A DNA stretch of 64,000 nucleotides from an uncultured Alphaproteobacteria bacterium (GTDB taxonomy: Bacteria > Pseudomonadota > Alphaproteobacteria > HIMB59): positions 16,908 to 80,907 of the forward strand of contig CABZUC010000001.1 of NCBI GenBank assembly GCA_902528805.1, given 5' to 3'. The notes under the pieces are model-generated. The model was not told the DNA's origin. It was given only the letters and a program-made list of their open reading frames with translations, and ran no database searches. This document shows positions 1 to 10,968 of this stretch, piece after piece; within the stretch, counting starts at the first letter, position 1; each line of letters starts with the position of its first letter. Position numbers and translations under genes: made by a program.

Positions 1-583
1 AACTCATTATCTTAATGAGGATATTTCTATTATGAACTCAATTGTCAATCTTGATATTTCTTCCCCAAGTGATGCTATATCTACAAGATTTATAGCTGAG
101 CAAACCATAAAAGTCCCAAAACTCAGATATATTAGGATGGAACGCAATAATTTGGAAAATGTTTATTCATCTAACTTTTCTTTTAACAAAAATGGTTTCG
201 AAAAAATCCATCAAGGAGAAAATATTTGTATCTTGAGCTATGGGTACATGCTTCACAAAGTATTAGAAGCACATGAAAGACTCTCTAGAGAAAATATTAA
301 AATATCAGTATACGATGTTATAAGTATGAAACCTTTATCTAGTGAATTAATTAAAGATATTTCAAAATATGAAAAAATTATAACTGTTGAAGAACAAACA
401 CTAAATGGTGGTTTCGGATCTTTAATAATTAATGCATTATCAATTAGCGGAATATCATCAAAAAAATTTAAATGTCTAGGCTTAAAGGAGGAATATTACT
501 TTCAAAATGGAGGTAGAGAGTTTTTATTGGAAGAGAGTGGTCTTTCTTCAGAGTCAATTTATAATACTATAAAAAATATATAA
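1..583 (+). CDS. Transketolase C-terminal (pyrimidine-binding) subunit, 5'-truncated by the window edge
   Basis: The frame is open from position 2 (THYLNEDISIM...), with motifs YIRMER, ITVEEQ and GGFGS. Split transketolases are common in cell-surface sugar clusters. Confidence 0.85.
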   Translation, partial: THYLNEDISIMNSIVNLDISSPSDAISTRFIAEQTIKVPKLRYIRMERNNLENVYSSNFSFNKNGFEKIHQGENICILSYGYMLHKVLEAHERLSRENIKISVYDVISMKPLSSELIKDISKYEKIITVEEQTLNGGFGSLIINALSISGISSKKFKCLGLKEEYYFQNGGREFLLEESGLSSESIYNTIKNI

Positions 584-653
584 GAATTATTTTCTATTAG
601 TAATGAATTTTACTAGTAAATAATTGTTATTTGTAATAAAAGTTACTCGCAAT

Positions 654-729
654 GGCCAGATAGCTCAGTCGGTAGAGCAGTGGACTGAAAATCCACGTGT
701 CGGCGGTTCGATTCCGTCTCTGGCCACCA
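654..729 (+). tRNA. tRNA-Phe(GAA)
   Basis: GGCCAGA...TCTGGCCACCA acceptor stem, anticodon arm GTGGA-CTGAAAA-TCCAC, GGTTCGATTCC T-arm and encoded CCA. Confidence 0.98.
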
Positions 730-739
730 CTTCTTAAAA

Positions 740-1867
740 TTATTGAAGGTTTAACTCATCAATTGAACGATCGTTTCTGGATCTACTCAATTCTAAAAGT
801 CCACCCCTAGTGTAGCCATAAACATTAGTTATACTCAAATCATCTCTAAATTCGTTTTTCAACATACCCACAAGTTTTCTAAGTGTATTTTGGTCACTTG
901 CAACTGGGTCAATTACAACTTTTCCAGATATATTTTTTAATTTGATGAGCTTAGAAATTAATTGAATAGCCTCTCTGTTTGTATCAAATCTTTTTGCAGA
1001 ACCAGTATTTACATCAATCGCAGTCAGTGCATCTGTTTTACCAATCATGATATTTCCTCCACTTGGTAAATCGTAATTATGGCCAATCAAATAATCAATT
1101 TTTTCTCCTAAATTAAACAATTCTTCGATTTGTTCATTTGTCATTTCTTCACATAAATATGCAAAAGTTGAGTCTAGATTTTCATCCCAGTTTTTAACTC
1201 TCTCAAATCGATCATTATCACTAAAAATAATTTGATCGGTGTTTTTGTCTGAGTAATCGCAAACAAAGTTTTGATCAAAATAAGTATTTTGAAAAACAAG
1301 GCCCTCTTCACTTAATTCTTTCGCATTTAACTCAATCTCTTTCCATTGATTATTTAAATCATTCAATTCTGATTGAGCAATTTCGATGTTTTCTGGAATA
1401 AGATTGTGTCGAGCAATAAGTCCTACTTCTGACTCGCTTAAAGCATCCATAATCTTATCTTGTTGATTTGTATCTAAGTTTTTTCTAGTTCTTCTACTTA
1501 AAATAATCTCATCGCCATAAGGCAATAAATTAATAAATTTACCAGTTAGTATTACGTTGTTTGTGAAAAGATGAACTTTATCTTTGGAGCCGATGCTTCT
1601 AACTTGAAGTAACAATGATTGTCCTTCATGGGCTTTCTCTCCATTGGGAAAGTTTATTCTTTTAAAAAAACCTCTTTGGTCTCCGCTGCCATAGGATACA
1701 AAAGCTCCACTGTCATTGGGTAAAATTTCTGAGATTTTTACTTTATAGATATCACCAATTTGAACATCTTCGTTGGGTTGAAAGCGAATGTTAACCAATT
1801 CCCCTTCATTTAGTTTAACTCCGCACTTGAAATTTTTGTAGTTTGTAACAATAAGTTTTGTAGCCAT
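740..1867 (-). CDS. rng: Ribonuclease E/G family protein (RNase G-like)
   Basis: S1-like N-terminus (GDIYK..GAFV) and catalytic motifs LTAIDVNTG, TNREA, GKVVID and GLLELSR. Confidence 0.85.
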   Translation of the reverse strand: MATKLIVTNYKNFKCGVKLNEGELVNIRFQPNEDVQIGDIYKVKISEILPNDSGAFVSYGSGDQRGFFKRINFPNGEKAHEGQSLLLQVRSIGSKDKVHLFTNNVILTGKFINLLPYGDEIILSRRTRKNLDTNQQDKIMDALSESEVGLIARHNLIPENIEIAQSELNDLNNQWKEIELNAKELSEEGLVFQNTYFDQNFVCDYSDKNTDQIIFSDNDRFERVKNWDENLDSTFAYLCEEMTNEQIEELFNLGEKIDYLIGHNYDLPSGGNIMIGKTDALTAIDVNTGSAKRFDTNREAIQLISKLIKLKNISGKVVIDPVASDQNTLRKLVGMLKNEFRDDLSITNVYGYTRGGLLELSRSRNDRSIDELNLQ

Positions 1868-1895
1868 GGCATTACTCCTTTTAAAAAATTATTCA

Positions 1896-2117
1896 TTAGT
1901 TCTTTGACCTAAATGTTATTCTGCCCTTAGTTAAATCATATGGTGTCATTTCAACTGTTACTCGGTCTCCTGCGAGCACTCTAATCCTATTTTTTCTCAT
2001 CTTTCCAGACGTATGGGCTATGACTTCATGGTCATTATCTAGCTTAACTTTAAACATAGCATTTGGAAGTAGCTCTGAAACTACACCTTGAAATTCTATT
2101 GCATCTTCTTTGGACAT
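1896..2117 (-). CDS. infA: Translation initiation factor IF-1
   Basis: MSKEDAIE...LPNAMF...[30 protein letters not shown]. Confidence 0.99.
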   Translation of the reverse strand: MSKEDAIEFQGVVSELLPNAMFKVKLDNDHEVIAHTSGKMRKNRIRVLAGDRVTVEMTPYDLTKGRITFRSKN

Positions 2118-2128
2118 GTTGGTGTATC

Positions 2129-3400
2129 TTATGTTTTGATCTTTCTAATTTCAACTGATAAAGCGTGTGCTTCTAAACCTTCCTGTCTAGCAAGATTGAT
2201 TGTCGGCTTTGCTATTTTTTTTAGAGTTTTATTACCAGGATTAATAAAAACTGTTTTTTTTGTAAAATCTTCAACTCCTAAACCTGATGAAAATTTTGCA
2301 GTTTGATCTGTAGGCAATACATGGTTAGTTCCCATAGTATAATCTCCTAAAGCAACAGGAGATCTTTCTCCTAAAAATACAGATCCTGAATTTATAACAT
2401 TTTTTAATATATTTTTATTAAATTTTTCATGGATGTGAAGATGCTCTGGAGCAATAAAATTTGTGATTTCAAATATTTCTTTTTGACTCTTAGCTAAAAT
2501 TAAGTAGCAATTATTTTTAATAGATCTATCAACATTTTTTAATTTTGTCTCTTTCATTATTCTTTGAAGTTCATTTTTTACTTTAAGTAAAATATTTTTA
2601 TTTTTAGCTATAACATAGGATTTTGCATTAGGATCATGTTCGCCTTGTGCAAGTACATCATAAGCTATCCATGTGGGATTTGATTTATTATTTGCTATTA
2701 CTAAAACTTCCGATGGTCCTGCTGGTAAATCTATTCCAATAAATCCAAATAATTGTTTTTTTGCTTCAGCCACATATTGATTTCCTGGACCAAATACTTT
2801 ATCAGCTTTTTTAATTAACTTAGTCCCGAAAGCAAACGCCGCAATTGCCTGAGCTCCACCAACATTGTAGACTTTATTTACTCCGCATAGATAAGCAGCT
2901 GCTAAAGTTAGTTTTGATGTTTCACCATTTTGAGATGGAACGCAGATCATTATGTTTGGAACCTTTGCTATTTTTGCAGGTATAACTGTCATTAAAACAG
3001 TTGAAGGATAAGAAGCTAATCCACCTGGAATGTATAAGCCAACGTTTTCAATTGGATTCCATTGAATATAAAATTTTGAGTCGATTTGATCTCTAAAAGA
3101 GTATGATAATTTTTTTTGTTTTGAGTGATAATAATGAATTCTTTTATAAGCTAATTTGAGTGCTTTTTTACTATTGTTTGATATAGAATTATAAGCTTCC
3201 TTCAGTGTTTTTTGGCTTATTTCTATGTTATTTAAAGTTGCCTTTTTATTTTCAAACTTTTTGACATACTTTAATAAAGCTTCATCTTTATTTTTTTTAA
3301 TATCCTTTATAATACTTTTGACAGTACCACTGACTGTTGTATTTACATTTGAGGAAGAGTTGAGATTATCAAAAATCCATTTTTTACTGACGATCCTCAT
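2129..3400 (-). CDS. hisD: Histidinol dehydrogenase
   Basis: [38 protein letters not shown] and GTNHVLPT. Confidence 0.97.
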   Translation of the reverse strand: MRIVSKKWIFDNLNSSSNVNTTVSGTVKSIIKDIKKNKDEALLKYVKKFENKKATLNNIEISQKTLKEAYNSISNNSKKALKLAYKRIHYYHSKQKKLSYSFRDQIDSKFYIQWNPIENVGLYIPGGLASYPSTVLMTVIPAKIAKVPNIMICVPSQNGETSKLTLAAAYLCGVNKVYNVGGAQAIAAFAFGTKLIKKADKVFGPGNQYVAEAKKQLFGFIGIDLPAGPSEVLVIANNKSNPTWIAYDVLAQGEHDPNAKSYVIAKNKNILLKVKNELQRIMKETKLKNVDRSIKNNCYLILAKSQKEIFEITNFIAPEHLHIHEKFNKNILKNVINSGSVFLGERSPVALGDYTMGTNHVLPTDQTAKFSSGLGVEDFTKKTVFINPGNKTLKKIAKPTINLARQEGLEAHALSVEIRKIKT

Positions 3401-4035
3401 TATAAACCTTTTGTTAGTAGTTTTTTTATAAATTTTTTCTTTAAATCATATGCAAAATAACTACTAATAATGACAGTTGAGATATCTTTATTAATAATTA
3501 CATTTTCATAAAGTTGGTTATCTTTAAGAGTCTTTCCAGATTGTACAAGATCTAAAATAAAATCAGCAATTTGGTATTTTACTGCAAGCTCTATGGATCC
3601 ATTTAATTTTATTGTTTCAGTTTGTATATTTAAGTCTCTAAAGTAGTTTTCAGAGATATTTTGAAATTTTGTTGCAACTTTGAATATTTTCTTCTCTGAA
3701 AAATTAATTTCTTTTTTGTCTGATGCAATGGATATTCTGCACTTTCCTATATTAGTTTTTTTTAATAAAACAATATTTTGTGAACTATTTTCTAATATAT
3801 CATCGTATCCGACAAATCCAATATCTGCTGCTCCTAACATAATATAAGATCTAATATCTGAGGGTTTTAACTTAATAACTTTTATCTCTTTGAAATTTGT
3901 ATCAAAAGTTAATTTCCTCACACTCTCGTTAAAAAAAGCTTGTTCTATAATTACACCTCTTTCAGAGAGATATTTTACAACCTTTCCCTCCAGTCTCCCT
4001 TTGGGACAAGCAATAGTTAAATTTTGATTGTTCAT
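3400..4035 (-). CDS. hisG: ATP phosphoribosyltransferase, short form
   Basis: IACPKGRL, ADIGFVGYD, VATKF, KLNGSIELA and DLVQSGKTL. At 211 aa it lacks the C-terminal regulatory domain. Confidence 0.95.
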   Translation of the reverse strand: MNNQNLTIACPKGRLEGKVVKYLSERGVIIEQAFFNESVRKLTFDTNFKEIKVIKLKPSDIRSYIMLGAADIGFVGYDDILENSSQNIVLLKKTNIGKCRISIASDKKEINFSEKKIFKVATKFQNISENYFRDLNIQTETIKLNGSIELAVKYQIADFILDLVQSGKTLKDNQLYENVIINKDISTVIISSYFAYDLKKKFIKKLLTKGL

Positions 4036-5288
4036 TTTTTTCTAGATATGTTTACGCCACATTTTTTTAATTTTAAATCAAAATCTTCATATCCTCTATC
4101 TAAGTGGTAAACTCTGTTTATTACAGTTATGCCTTTGGACATCATTGCAGCTATTATAAGAGAAAAACTAGCTCTTATATCAGTTGCCATCACCTCAGCG
4201 CCAAATAAATTCAAGGTTTTATGTATTATCACTGTTTTTCCAATAATTGATAGATTAGCTCCAAATCTTCTAAGTTCAGGGATATGAATAAATCTATTTT
4301 CAAATATGTTTTCAACTACTTTTGATTTAGGGGCAGATTTAAGTTGTGTAGCTATAAGTTGGGCTTGTAAGTCTGTAGGATATCCAGGATATTCTTTAGT
4401 AGAAATCTTTTTTATTGGTTTAAGTCTTTTGCAGTTAAATTCATAAGAGGTTTTAGAAATCTTTTTTATTTTTAGCCCCATTTCTTGATAAATTTTTAAA
4501 GGAAAAGTTAAGTCATTTGGATTAAAGTTATTTAATCTGAGCATCCCTTTCGTTGCCATGGTAGCTAAAATATAGGAACCTGCCTCAATCCTGTCAGGAA
4601 TAACTTTATAATCTTCAAGGTTCAGTTCTCCAACACCCTTAATGGTAATAGTTCTGTTTTTTACTTTTATATTAGCTCCACATTTATTAAGGAAATTAAT
4701 TAGATCAATAACTTCAGGCTCGATGGCACAATTTTTTAATTTACTTATACCATCTGCTAAAGTAGCTGCCATTAAGATATTTTGAGTAGCTCCAACACTA
4801 ATTTTTGGAAATTTGTGATTGATTGAGTTTAGTTTAGCTTTTTTTCTCTCTGCTATAACATAGCCATTTTTAATTGAAATTTTTATGCCCATTTTCTTTA
4901 AAGTATCTAAGTGTAAATCAATTCCTCTAGTGCCAATTGAGCAACCTCCTGGTAGTGCAATTTTAAATTTTTTATATCTTGAAATAGCAGGTCCTAAAAT
5001 AACGATAGAGGCTCTCATTTGACGAACATATTCATAATCTGCAGATTTTTTTTTAATTGCAGAGCTCTTTACAACAAACGTATTTTTTTGAAAATCAACA
5101 CGACACCCTAAATCTTTAAGAATTGAAACTAAAAATCTTGTATCTCTGAGGTTAGGTATGTTGTTAATTAAGCAATTACCCTCAGCTAAAATAGTCGATA
5201 TCATAATGGGTAACGAGGCATTCTTGGAGCCTGAAATGTTAATCTGTCCTTTTAAGGTTGAAGGACCTTGTATGACTACGGTTTGCAT
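4032..5288 (-). CDS. murA: UDP-N-acetylglucosamine 1-carboxyvinyltransferase
   Basis: SGSKNA, MRASI, LPGGCSIG.R, PDRIEAG, PTDLQAQ and HLDRGYE. Confidence 0.98.
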   Translation of the reverse strand: MQTVVIQGPSTLKGQINISGSKNASLPIMISTILAEGNCLINNIPNLRDTRFLVSILKDLGCRVDFQKNTFVVKSSAIKKKSADYEYVRQMRASIVILGPAISRYKKFKIALPGGCSIGTRGIDLHLDTLKKMGIKISIKNGYVIAERKKAKLNSINHKFPKISVGATQNILMAATLADGISKLKNCAIEPEVIDLINFLNKCGANIKVKNRTITIKGVGELNLEDYKVIPDRIEAGSYILATMATKGMLRLNNFNPNDLTFPLKIYQEMGLKIKKISKTSYEFNCKRLKPIKKISTKEYPGYPTDLQAQLIATQLKSAPKSKVVENIFENRFIHIPELRRFGANLSIIGKTVIIHKTLNLFGAEVMATDIRASFSLIIAAMMSKGITVINRVYHLDRGYEDFDLKLKKCGVNISRKK

Positions 5289-5292
5289 AAAT

Positions 5293-5400
5293 TTATTTTT
5301 TTAATTTTTTTCTTTTTTTTAAATTTTCTCTTAATTTCTGGGCTAATTTATCTTTTTTTAGTTGTTCAATATTTTTTCTTTTAAGGTCTTGTTTCTTCAT
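5293..5400 (-). CDS. 35-aa basic micro-protein upstream of murA (not in ORF track)
   Basis: Hand translation gives MKKQDLKRKNIEQLKKDKLAQKLRENLKKRKKLKK*. It fills the murA-clpB gap and ends 4 bp before the murA start. The LA..LRENL..RK motif resembles small proteins I recall preceding alphaproteobacterial murA. Confidence 0.65.
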   Translation of the reverse strand: MKKQDLKRKNIEQLKKDKLAQKLRENLKKRKKLKK

Positions 5401-5422
5401 AAATTATAACCAAATAAATTAT

Positions 5423-8002
5423 ATGATGAATTTTGAAAAATACACTAATAGTTCAAAAAAAATTATTAATTCTGCACAAAATTTGGCATTAGGTAAAAAA
5501 CATCAAAAGATTGCACCTATTCATATTATTAGTGAGTTATTAAATTCTAATCATGAAATAATAAATAAAATTTTTGAGAAAATTAATATTGATAATATTA
5601 AAAAAAATATTTCTGAATTACTTTCAAAAGAACCAGTAAACGGCTCAATCTCCAGCCAAATTTACGCCGATCCTAAATTGTTAATATTATTTGAAAGTGC
5701 TGAAAAAATTACAAAAACAAATCAAGATAGTTTTGTATCAATTGATACTTTATTTTTGAGTTGTATCAAATCAGACGATCAAATTGAAAGTATATTAAAA
5801 AAAAATGGTCTGAGTCACTCATCCGTAAAATCTAAAATAGAAGAATTTAGAAAAGATGGAAAATCTGACAGTGAGAACTCTGATGATAATTTCAATGCAT
5901 TAGAGAAGTATACTATTAACGTTACTCAAAAAGCACAAAATAGAGAGTTAGATCCTGTTATTGGAAGAGATGAAGAAATTCGAAGAACCATTCAGGTTTT
6001 ATCGAGAAGAACTAAAAATAATCCAATACTGATTGGTGATCCCGGTGTGGGTAAAACTGCCTTGATAGAAGGTTTAGCTCAAAGAATAGTGAATAAAGAC
6101 ATTCCACGATCATTAGAGAATAAAGTTATTCGTATTCTTGACCTTGGCTTATTACTTGCTGGAGCAAAATATCGCGGAGAATTTGAAGAGAGACTTCAAA
6201 ATGTTTTAAAAGAAATTCATAAACAAAATGGCTCTATTATTTTATTTATTGATGAAATTCATACACTTGTTGGTGCTGGAAAGACAGACGGTGCGATGGA
6301 TGCCTCTAATATGTTAAAACCAGCATTAGCTCGAGGTGAATTACATTGTGTTGGAGCCACAACACTTGATGAATATAAAAAATACTTTGAGAAAGATGCA
6401 GCTTTGACAAGGCGTTTTCAACCAGTCTTTGTTAACGAGCCCTCCTCTACCGATGCAGTAGCTATTTTGAGGGGTTTGAAAGAAAAGTATGAAATTCATC
6501 ACGGGATTAGAATTAGTGATGAGGCTATTTTATCTTCAGTTCAATTGTCTGATCGTTACATCACTGACCGCTTTCTTCCTGATAAAGCCATTGATTTAAT
6601 GGATGAAGCAGCAAGCAAGGTTAAAATGGAAATTGATAGTAAACCTGAAGAAATTGATCAATTAGACCGCGATCTTATCAAGCTTCAAATGGAAAAAAAC
6701 GTACTCTCCAAAGAAAATGGTAAAGATGATAAAATAAATGAAAAAATTGATACTCAAATATCAAATATACAAGAAAAACTAAATGTACTTAATAGCACTT
6801 GGGAGTCAGAAAAAAATATTTTAGATACAAAAAGAAATCTTAATGAAAGAATTGACCAAGCAAAAGAAGACCTTGAGAGTGCTCAAAGAACTGGGGATTT
6901 GACAAAAGCTAGCGAGCTTATGTATGGCTTACTCCCAAGTCTTGAAAAAGAATATGAGGAATTAAATCAAAAAGAACAGACTACCATTATAAATGAAGTG
7001 ATAAATGCTGAAGATATTGCAAGTGTAGTCTCCAAATGGACAGGTATCCCCTTAGAAAAACTAATTGGCGGAGAAAAAGATAAGTTAATAAATATTGAAA
7101 AACTCCTAGAAAAAAGGGTCATCGGTCAACAAGATGCAATTGAGAAAGTCTCTAAAGCTATTAAGATTTCAAAAGCGGGTCTTCAAGATCCAGATAAACC
7201 CCTTGGTTCTTTTCTTTTTTTAGGTCCAACAGGTGTTGGAAAGACGGAATTATCCAAAGCTTTAGCAGAGTACGTTTTTGATAATGAAAAACAAATGCTA
7301 AGGCTAGATATGTCTGAATACATGGAAAAACACTCAGTTAGTAAGTTGATAGGTTCTCCTCCAGGTTATGTTGGTTACGATGATGGTGGCAAACTTACCG
7401 ACTCTGTAAGAAGGCGTCCTTATCAAGTAATCTTATTTGATGAAATTGAAAAAGCACACCTTGATGTGTTTAATATATTATTACAAATTCTTGATGATGG
7501 TAGGTTAACTGACTCAAAAGGTAAAATAGTGAATTTTAAAAATACACTTATTATTATGACATCCAATATTGGTTCACAAATACCTATAGATGATAATTTT
7601 GACTATACGACTAAGAAAAATTTAGCTCTCGAGGAGCTTAAAAATTATTTTCGATTAGAATTTTTAAATAGAATTGATGATATAATTTTATTTAACAAAT
7701 TAACAAAAGAAAATATAAGTTCGATTTTAAATAATCAAATTCGATTAATTGAAAAAAGAATTTCCTCTAAAGGAATATCTATCGGTTTTACAGATGAAGC
7801 CATTGACTATCTTAAAGAAAAGGGTTTTGATCCGTTGTTTGGTGCAAGACCTTTAAAAAGATTATTACAAGATGAAGTTTTAAATCCTCTGTCAGAGGTA
7901 ATATTAGATATTGGTGAGAATATTCCAGATAAATTAATTTTTACTAAAGATAAATATGGGTTAGCGGTTGCTAATAAAAATATCAAGGTTTTGAGATCAT
8001 AA
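5423..8002 (+). CDS. clpB: ATP-dependent chaperone ClpB
   Basis: Two AAA+ modules (GDPGVGKT and GPTGVGKT), a coiled-coil middle domain and GARPLKR. Confidence 0.98.
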   Translation: MMNFEKYTNSSKKIINSAQNLALGKKHQKIAPIHIISELLNSNHEIINKIFEKINIDNIKKNISELLSKEPVNGSISSQIYADPKLLILFESAEKITKTNQDSFVSIDTLFLSCIKSDDQIESILKKNGLSHSSVKSKIEEFRKDGKSDSENSDDNFNALEKYTINVTQKAQNRELDPVIGRDEEIRRTIQVLSRRTKNNPILIGDPGVGKTALIEGLAQRIVNKDIPRSLENKVIRILDLGLLLAGAKYRGEFEERLQNVLKEIHKQNGSIILFIDEIHTLVGAGKTDGAMDASNMLKPALARGELHCVGATTLDEYKKYFEKDAALTRRFQPVFVNEPSSTDAVAILRGLKEKYEIHHGIRISDEAILSSVQLSDRYITDRFLPDKAIDLMDEAASKVKMEIDSKPEEIDQLDRDLIKLQMEKNVLSKENGKDDKINEKIDTQISNIQEKLNVLNSTWESEKNILDTKRNLNERIDQAKEDLESAQRTGDLTKASELMYGLLPSLEKEYEELNQKEQTTIINEVINAEDIASVVSKWTGIPLEKLIGGEKDKLINIEKLLEKRVIGQQDAIEKVSKAIKISKAGLQDPDKPLGSFLFLGPTGVGKTELSKALAEYVFDNEKQMLRLDMSEYMEKHSVSKLIGSPPGYVGYDDGGKLTDSVRRRPYQVILFDEIEKAHLDVFNILLQILDDGRLTDSKGKIVNFKNTLIIMTSNIGSQIPIDDNFDYTTKKNLALEELKNYFRLEFLNRIDDIILFNKLTKENISSILNNQIRLIEKRISSKGISIGFTDEAIDYLKEKGFDPLFGARPLKRLLQDEVLNPLSEVILDIGENIPDKLIFTKDKYGLAVANKNIKVLRS

Positions 8003-8037
8003 CTTCCAACTTAATATAAAATTAGTATAATTCAGAA

Positions 8038-8130
8038 ATGAAGTGGATATTTTTAATTGGAGCTTTCGCTTTAATTTTCTTTGTTTTGTATCTTTCCGTT
8101 ATGACTATAAGAAAAATTAGAAAAAAATAA
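8038..8130 (+). CDS. 30-aa single-TM micro-protein (not in ORF track)
   Basis: MKWIFLIGAFALIFFVLYLSVMTIRKIRKK*: hydrophobic helix plus basic tail, ending 4 bp before the next gene. Confidence 0.6.
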   Translation: MKWIFLIGAFALIFFVLYLSVMTIRKIRKK

Positions 8131-8134
8131 TTTT

Positions 8135-8548
8135 TTGGACATTTTTTTTTCAGACTCTTTATATAACACAAAGATTTTTTTAGTATCTTCTATTTTAACA
8201 ATTATTTTTTTTTTACTACTTTTAACCAGAAAGATTTATAAAAAAAAATTAACTATTTCAAATTTATCAATATATTCTTCACTTTTTTTATTATTAATTA
8301 CTTTATCAAGTTTGTTGGTTGTAAATTTTTTTGGAAAATTTACATATGTCTTATTTATTGCTGCAACAATTACGGTTATTTACTCAGAAATTAGCTTTCT
8401 TTTAGGGAAATATTTTTTTCCAAACTTTGTGGGTGAGAATATATCAAAAGAAATTATTTACATGTTTAGCTTTATTGTTTTTATTAATGCTGGATATTTT
8501 ACATTTATGTTGATCCTAGATATTTTAAAAGCAGAAACAGTCTTCTAA
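8135..8548 (+). CDS. Hypothetical 4-TM membrane protein
   Basis: Four hydrophobic segments and tight operon spacing. Confidence 0.7.
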   Translation: MDIFFSDSLYNTKIFLVSSILTIIFFLLLLTRKIYKKKLTISNLSIYSSLFLLLITLSSLLVVNFFGKFTYVLFIAATITVIYSEISFLLGKYFFPNFVGENISKEIIYMFSFIVFINAGYFTFMLILDILKAETVF

Positions 8549-8549
8549 A

Positions 8550-8732
8550 ATGGATGTAATTACATTAGAAGTTGGAAACACTTCGTGGTGGAAAAATAGA
8601 AAATATAGAAGAGAGGCAGCTAATGAATTAAAAGAATTAAGGCTAAGGTATAAAAAAGTTAAACTTTTAAAAAAATATAGAGTTCGAGAAGCAAATACAA
8701 TTATTTATGCTGATTATAAAATTATAAAATAA
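8550..8732 (+). CDS. Small basic hypothetical protein
   Basis: 60 aa with an ATG start 1 bp after the previous stop. Confidence 0.65.
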   Translation: MDVITLEVGNTSWWKNRKYRREAANELKELRLRYKKVKLLKKYRVREANTIIYADYKIIK

Positions 8733-8735
8733 ATA

Positions 8736-9473
8736 TTACTTAGATAATTTTATAAAAATATCACCCATACCAGAAATTAATTCCTCTTCGTTTGTATTAT
8801 TTCTAACATTACATTGTTCACCAACAACAGGATGGCTTTTTATAGCTAAAAGATCATTACTACTACAACTAGTGGGGCTGTGCAAAAAACCAATCACCAT
8901 TTTCCCATCAACTGCAAACACTTGATCCATATTCATTTCCTCACCATTGCAAAAATAATCTCGGTTGACTTCTAAAGGAAATTCTTCTTTACCACAGGGA
9001 TTATCAATTGTCATAACAGTAAATTGCTCTTCAACACCTTTAAATTTATGTGAAATATTCATAGCATTTGCATACTTCATTGAGTCACAAGCACAGGGCC
9101 AACAACACCGATACATATACCCGCAAGTTTTATTATTAGTTGACTCTTCAAACATACTGATAAAATCTGGAACAGACCCTGGTCGAATTAGTGAACCAGA
9201 TACTGGGCAATATCGCTTATTGAATTCCACAAAATCATGAAAATCGAGGTCTTGGTCAATTAGATACTTAAAAAACTTTGGTCCCGCAGCATTTCTGTTA
9301 CCGTCTGGAAACATATCTCCCCAATTAACTCTTAGTGTTTCATAATAGTATTCCTCATTTTTGATAGTATTTTCATTAGCCTGTAATGTGCTAAGAAAAA
9401 TTGACATAAGTAATGGAATGATAATTAGAGAAAGATATTTGTTAAATTTTAAAGAAAACTGGGCAGATTGCAT
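8736..9473 (-). CDS. Secreted Cys-rich hypothetical protein
   Basis: Signal-like N-terminus and 10 Cys, including YCPVSGS and YRCCWPCACD. Confidence 0.8.
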   Translation of the reverse strand: MQSAQFSLKFNKYLSLIIIPLLMSIFLSTLQANENTIKNEEYYYETLRVNWGDMFPDGNRNAAGPKFFKYLIDQDLDFHDFVEFNKRYCPVSGSLIRPGSVPDFISMFEESTNNKTCGYMYRCCWPCACDSMKYANAMNISHKFKGVEEQFTVMTIDNPCGKEEFPLEVNRDYFCNGEEMNMDQVFAVDGKMVIGFLHSPTSCSSNDLLAIKSHPVVGEQCNVRNNTNEEELISGMGDIFIKLSK

Positions 9474-9531
9474 ATTTCATAAATACACATGTGATTGAAA
9501 TCTAGATCATAGAATTTTAAGTAACAAATGT

Positions 9532-10968
9532 ATGAAACTTGCTAAATTTTTATATTTCGTTTTTTTCGTTTTTTATTCTATGTCATCATTTGCAGAAAAA
9601 AGTTTTTTTGAAGATATAAGCAATCTCCTTCCTGACCAAAAACCAAGACTAAGCTACGGTGTTGCAGTTACTGATTTTGATAATGATGGGGCAGATGAGT
9701 TTATAGTTACAGGTTTTGGATATGAAAATCTTGCTCTAGGTTACGATGGTAACAGTCTTCAAAATAAAATTAAAGAAAATATTTTTAGTGACTTTAACAG
9801 GTCCACCATAGGAGTTGCTGCATGTGATATCGATAAAGATGGTCAAGAAGAAATTTATTTTTTGAACACTGATACTTACAGTGGCCAAAAAATGTACTCT
9901 GATAGATTATTAAAATTTGTAGATAAGAATATTGAGGACTTGTTTGAAAAAGACATTAATCAAGATGAATTAAACTTAACTGCTGGTCGATCAGTTGTTT
10001 GTGTTGATAGAGAGGGCAAAGGTAATTATGGAATTTATGTTGCTAACTATGGGGGCCCTACTCGATTTTACGAGTATATAGACAACAGAGTAGTAGACTT
10101 AGCTGAAAGTCTTAAGTTAGATGAAATAACAGGTGGAAGAGCTGTAGTTGCGGGGCACATACTTTCTGATCAAATGGATATTTTTGCAGCCAATGAAAGA
10201 GGTCCAAATTTTTTATATTTTAATAAAGAAGGAAAATTTTTGAATGTTGCAGGTCAAATGAATGTGAGAGATATCTATCAAAATGGCCGAGGCACAGCAT
10301 TATCTGATATCTTGTACAGAGGTAGGCTGGATATACTAAACGGTAACTGGGGTGGTTATCACAGAGCTTATGTTTATGATGAATACAAATTTAAAGATAT
10401 AGCTGTTCCCTCTTTTGATGAACCCTCAAGAATTAGAACTGTTATATCTGCAGATTTTGATAATGATGGTTACGATGAAGTTTTTTTAAATAATATTGGC
10501 GAACCCAATAAATTATTCAAAATAGTTGAAAATGGAGTGTTTCAGGAAATTAAACTAAACAATGCTTTAGAACCAAAAGGACTTGGAACTGGCGCTGCGG
10601 TTGCTGATATAGATAATGACGGTTTACTTGAGCTACTTATTTCGCACGGTGAGTCAGGATTACAACCGCTCTCATTATTTAAATTTAATTCAGATGAAAA
10701 AACGTCTTATTTGAGGATAAGACCTTTAAATATGCACGGTGCACCTGCAAGAGGAGCAACAGTTACGTTGATAACAAATAAAAGAGAGCACTCTAAGACA
10801 ATTGATGCTGGATCTGGTTATCTTTGTCAAATGGAGCCAGTAGCTCACTATGGGGTAAGAGAAAATGAAACTGAATTTAAATTTAAGGTTAAATGGACCA
10901 ACGGTGATGAGGATTTGTTTGATGTGAAAAATCTAAATGAAACAATTATCGTAAAACAATCATTATGA
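9532..10968 (+). CDS. CRTAC1-family (FG-GAP repeats + ASPIC/UnbV) secreted protein
   Basis: Repeated DxDxDG Ca-binding motifs, YGVAVTD, EEIYFLNT, GRSVVCVDR and IDAGSGYLCQMEPVAHYG. Confidence 0.92.
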   Translation: MKLAKFLYFVFFVFYSMSSFAEKSFFEDISNLLPDQKPRLSYGVAVTDFDNDGADEFIVTGFGYENLALGYDGNSLQNKIKENIFSDFNRSTIGVAACDIDKDGQEEIYFLNTDTYSGQKMYSDRLLKFVDKNIEDLFEKDINQDELNLTAGRSVVCVDREGKGNYGIYVANYGGPTRFYEYIDNRVVDLAESLKLDEITGGRAVVAGHILSDQMDIFAANERGPNFLYFNKEGKFLNVAGQMNVRDIYQNGRGTALSDILYRGRLDILNGNWGGYHRAYVYDEYKFKDIAVPSFDEPSRIRTVISADFDNDGYDEVFLNNIGEPNKLFKIVENGVFQEIKLNNALEPKGLGTGAAVADIDNDGLLELLISHGESGLQPLSLFKFNSDEKTSYLRIRPLNMHGAPARGATVTLITNKREHSKTIDAGSGYLCQMEPVAHYGVRENETEFKFKVKWTNGDEDLFDVKNLNETIIVKQSL

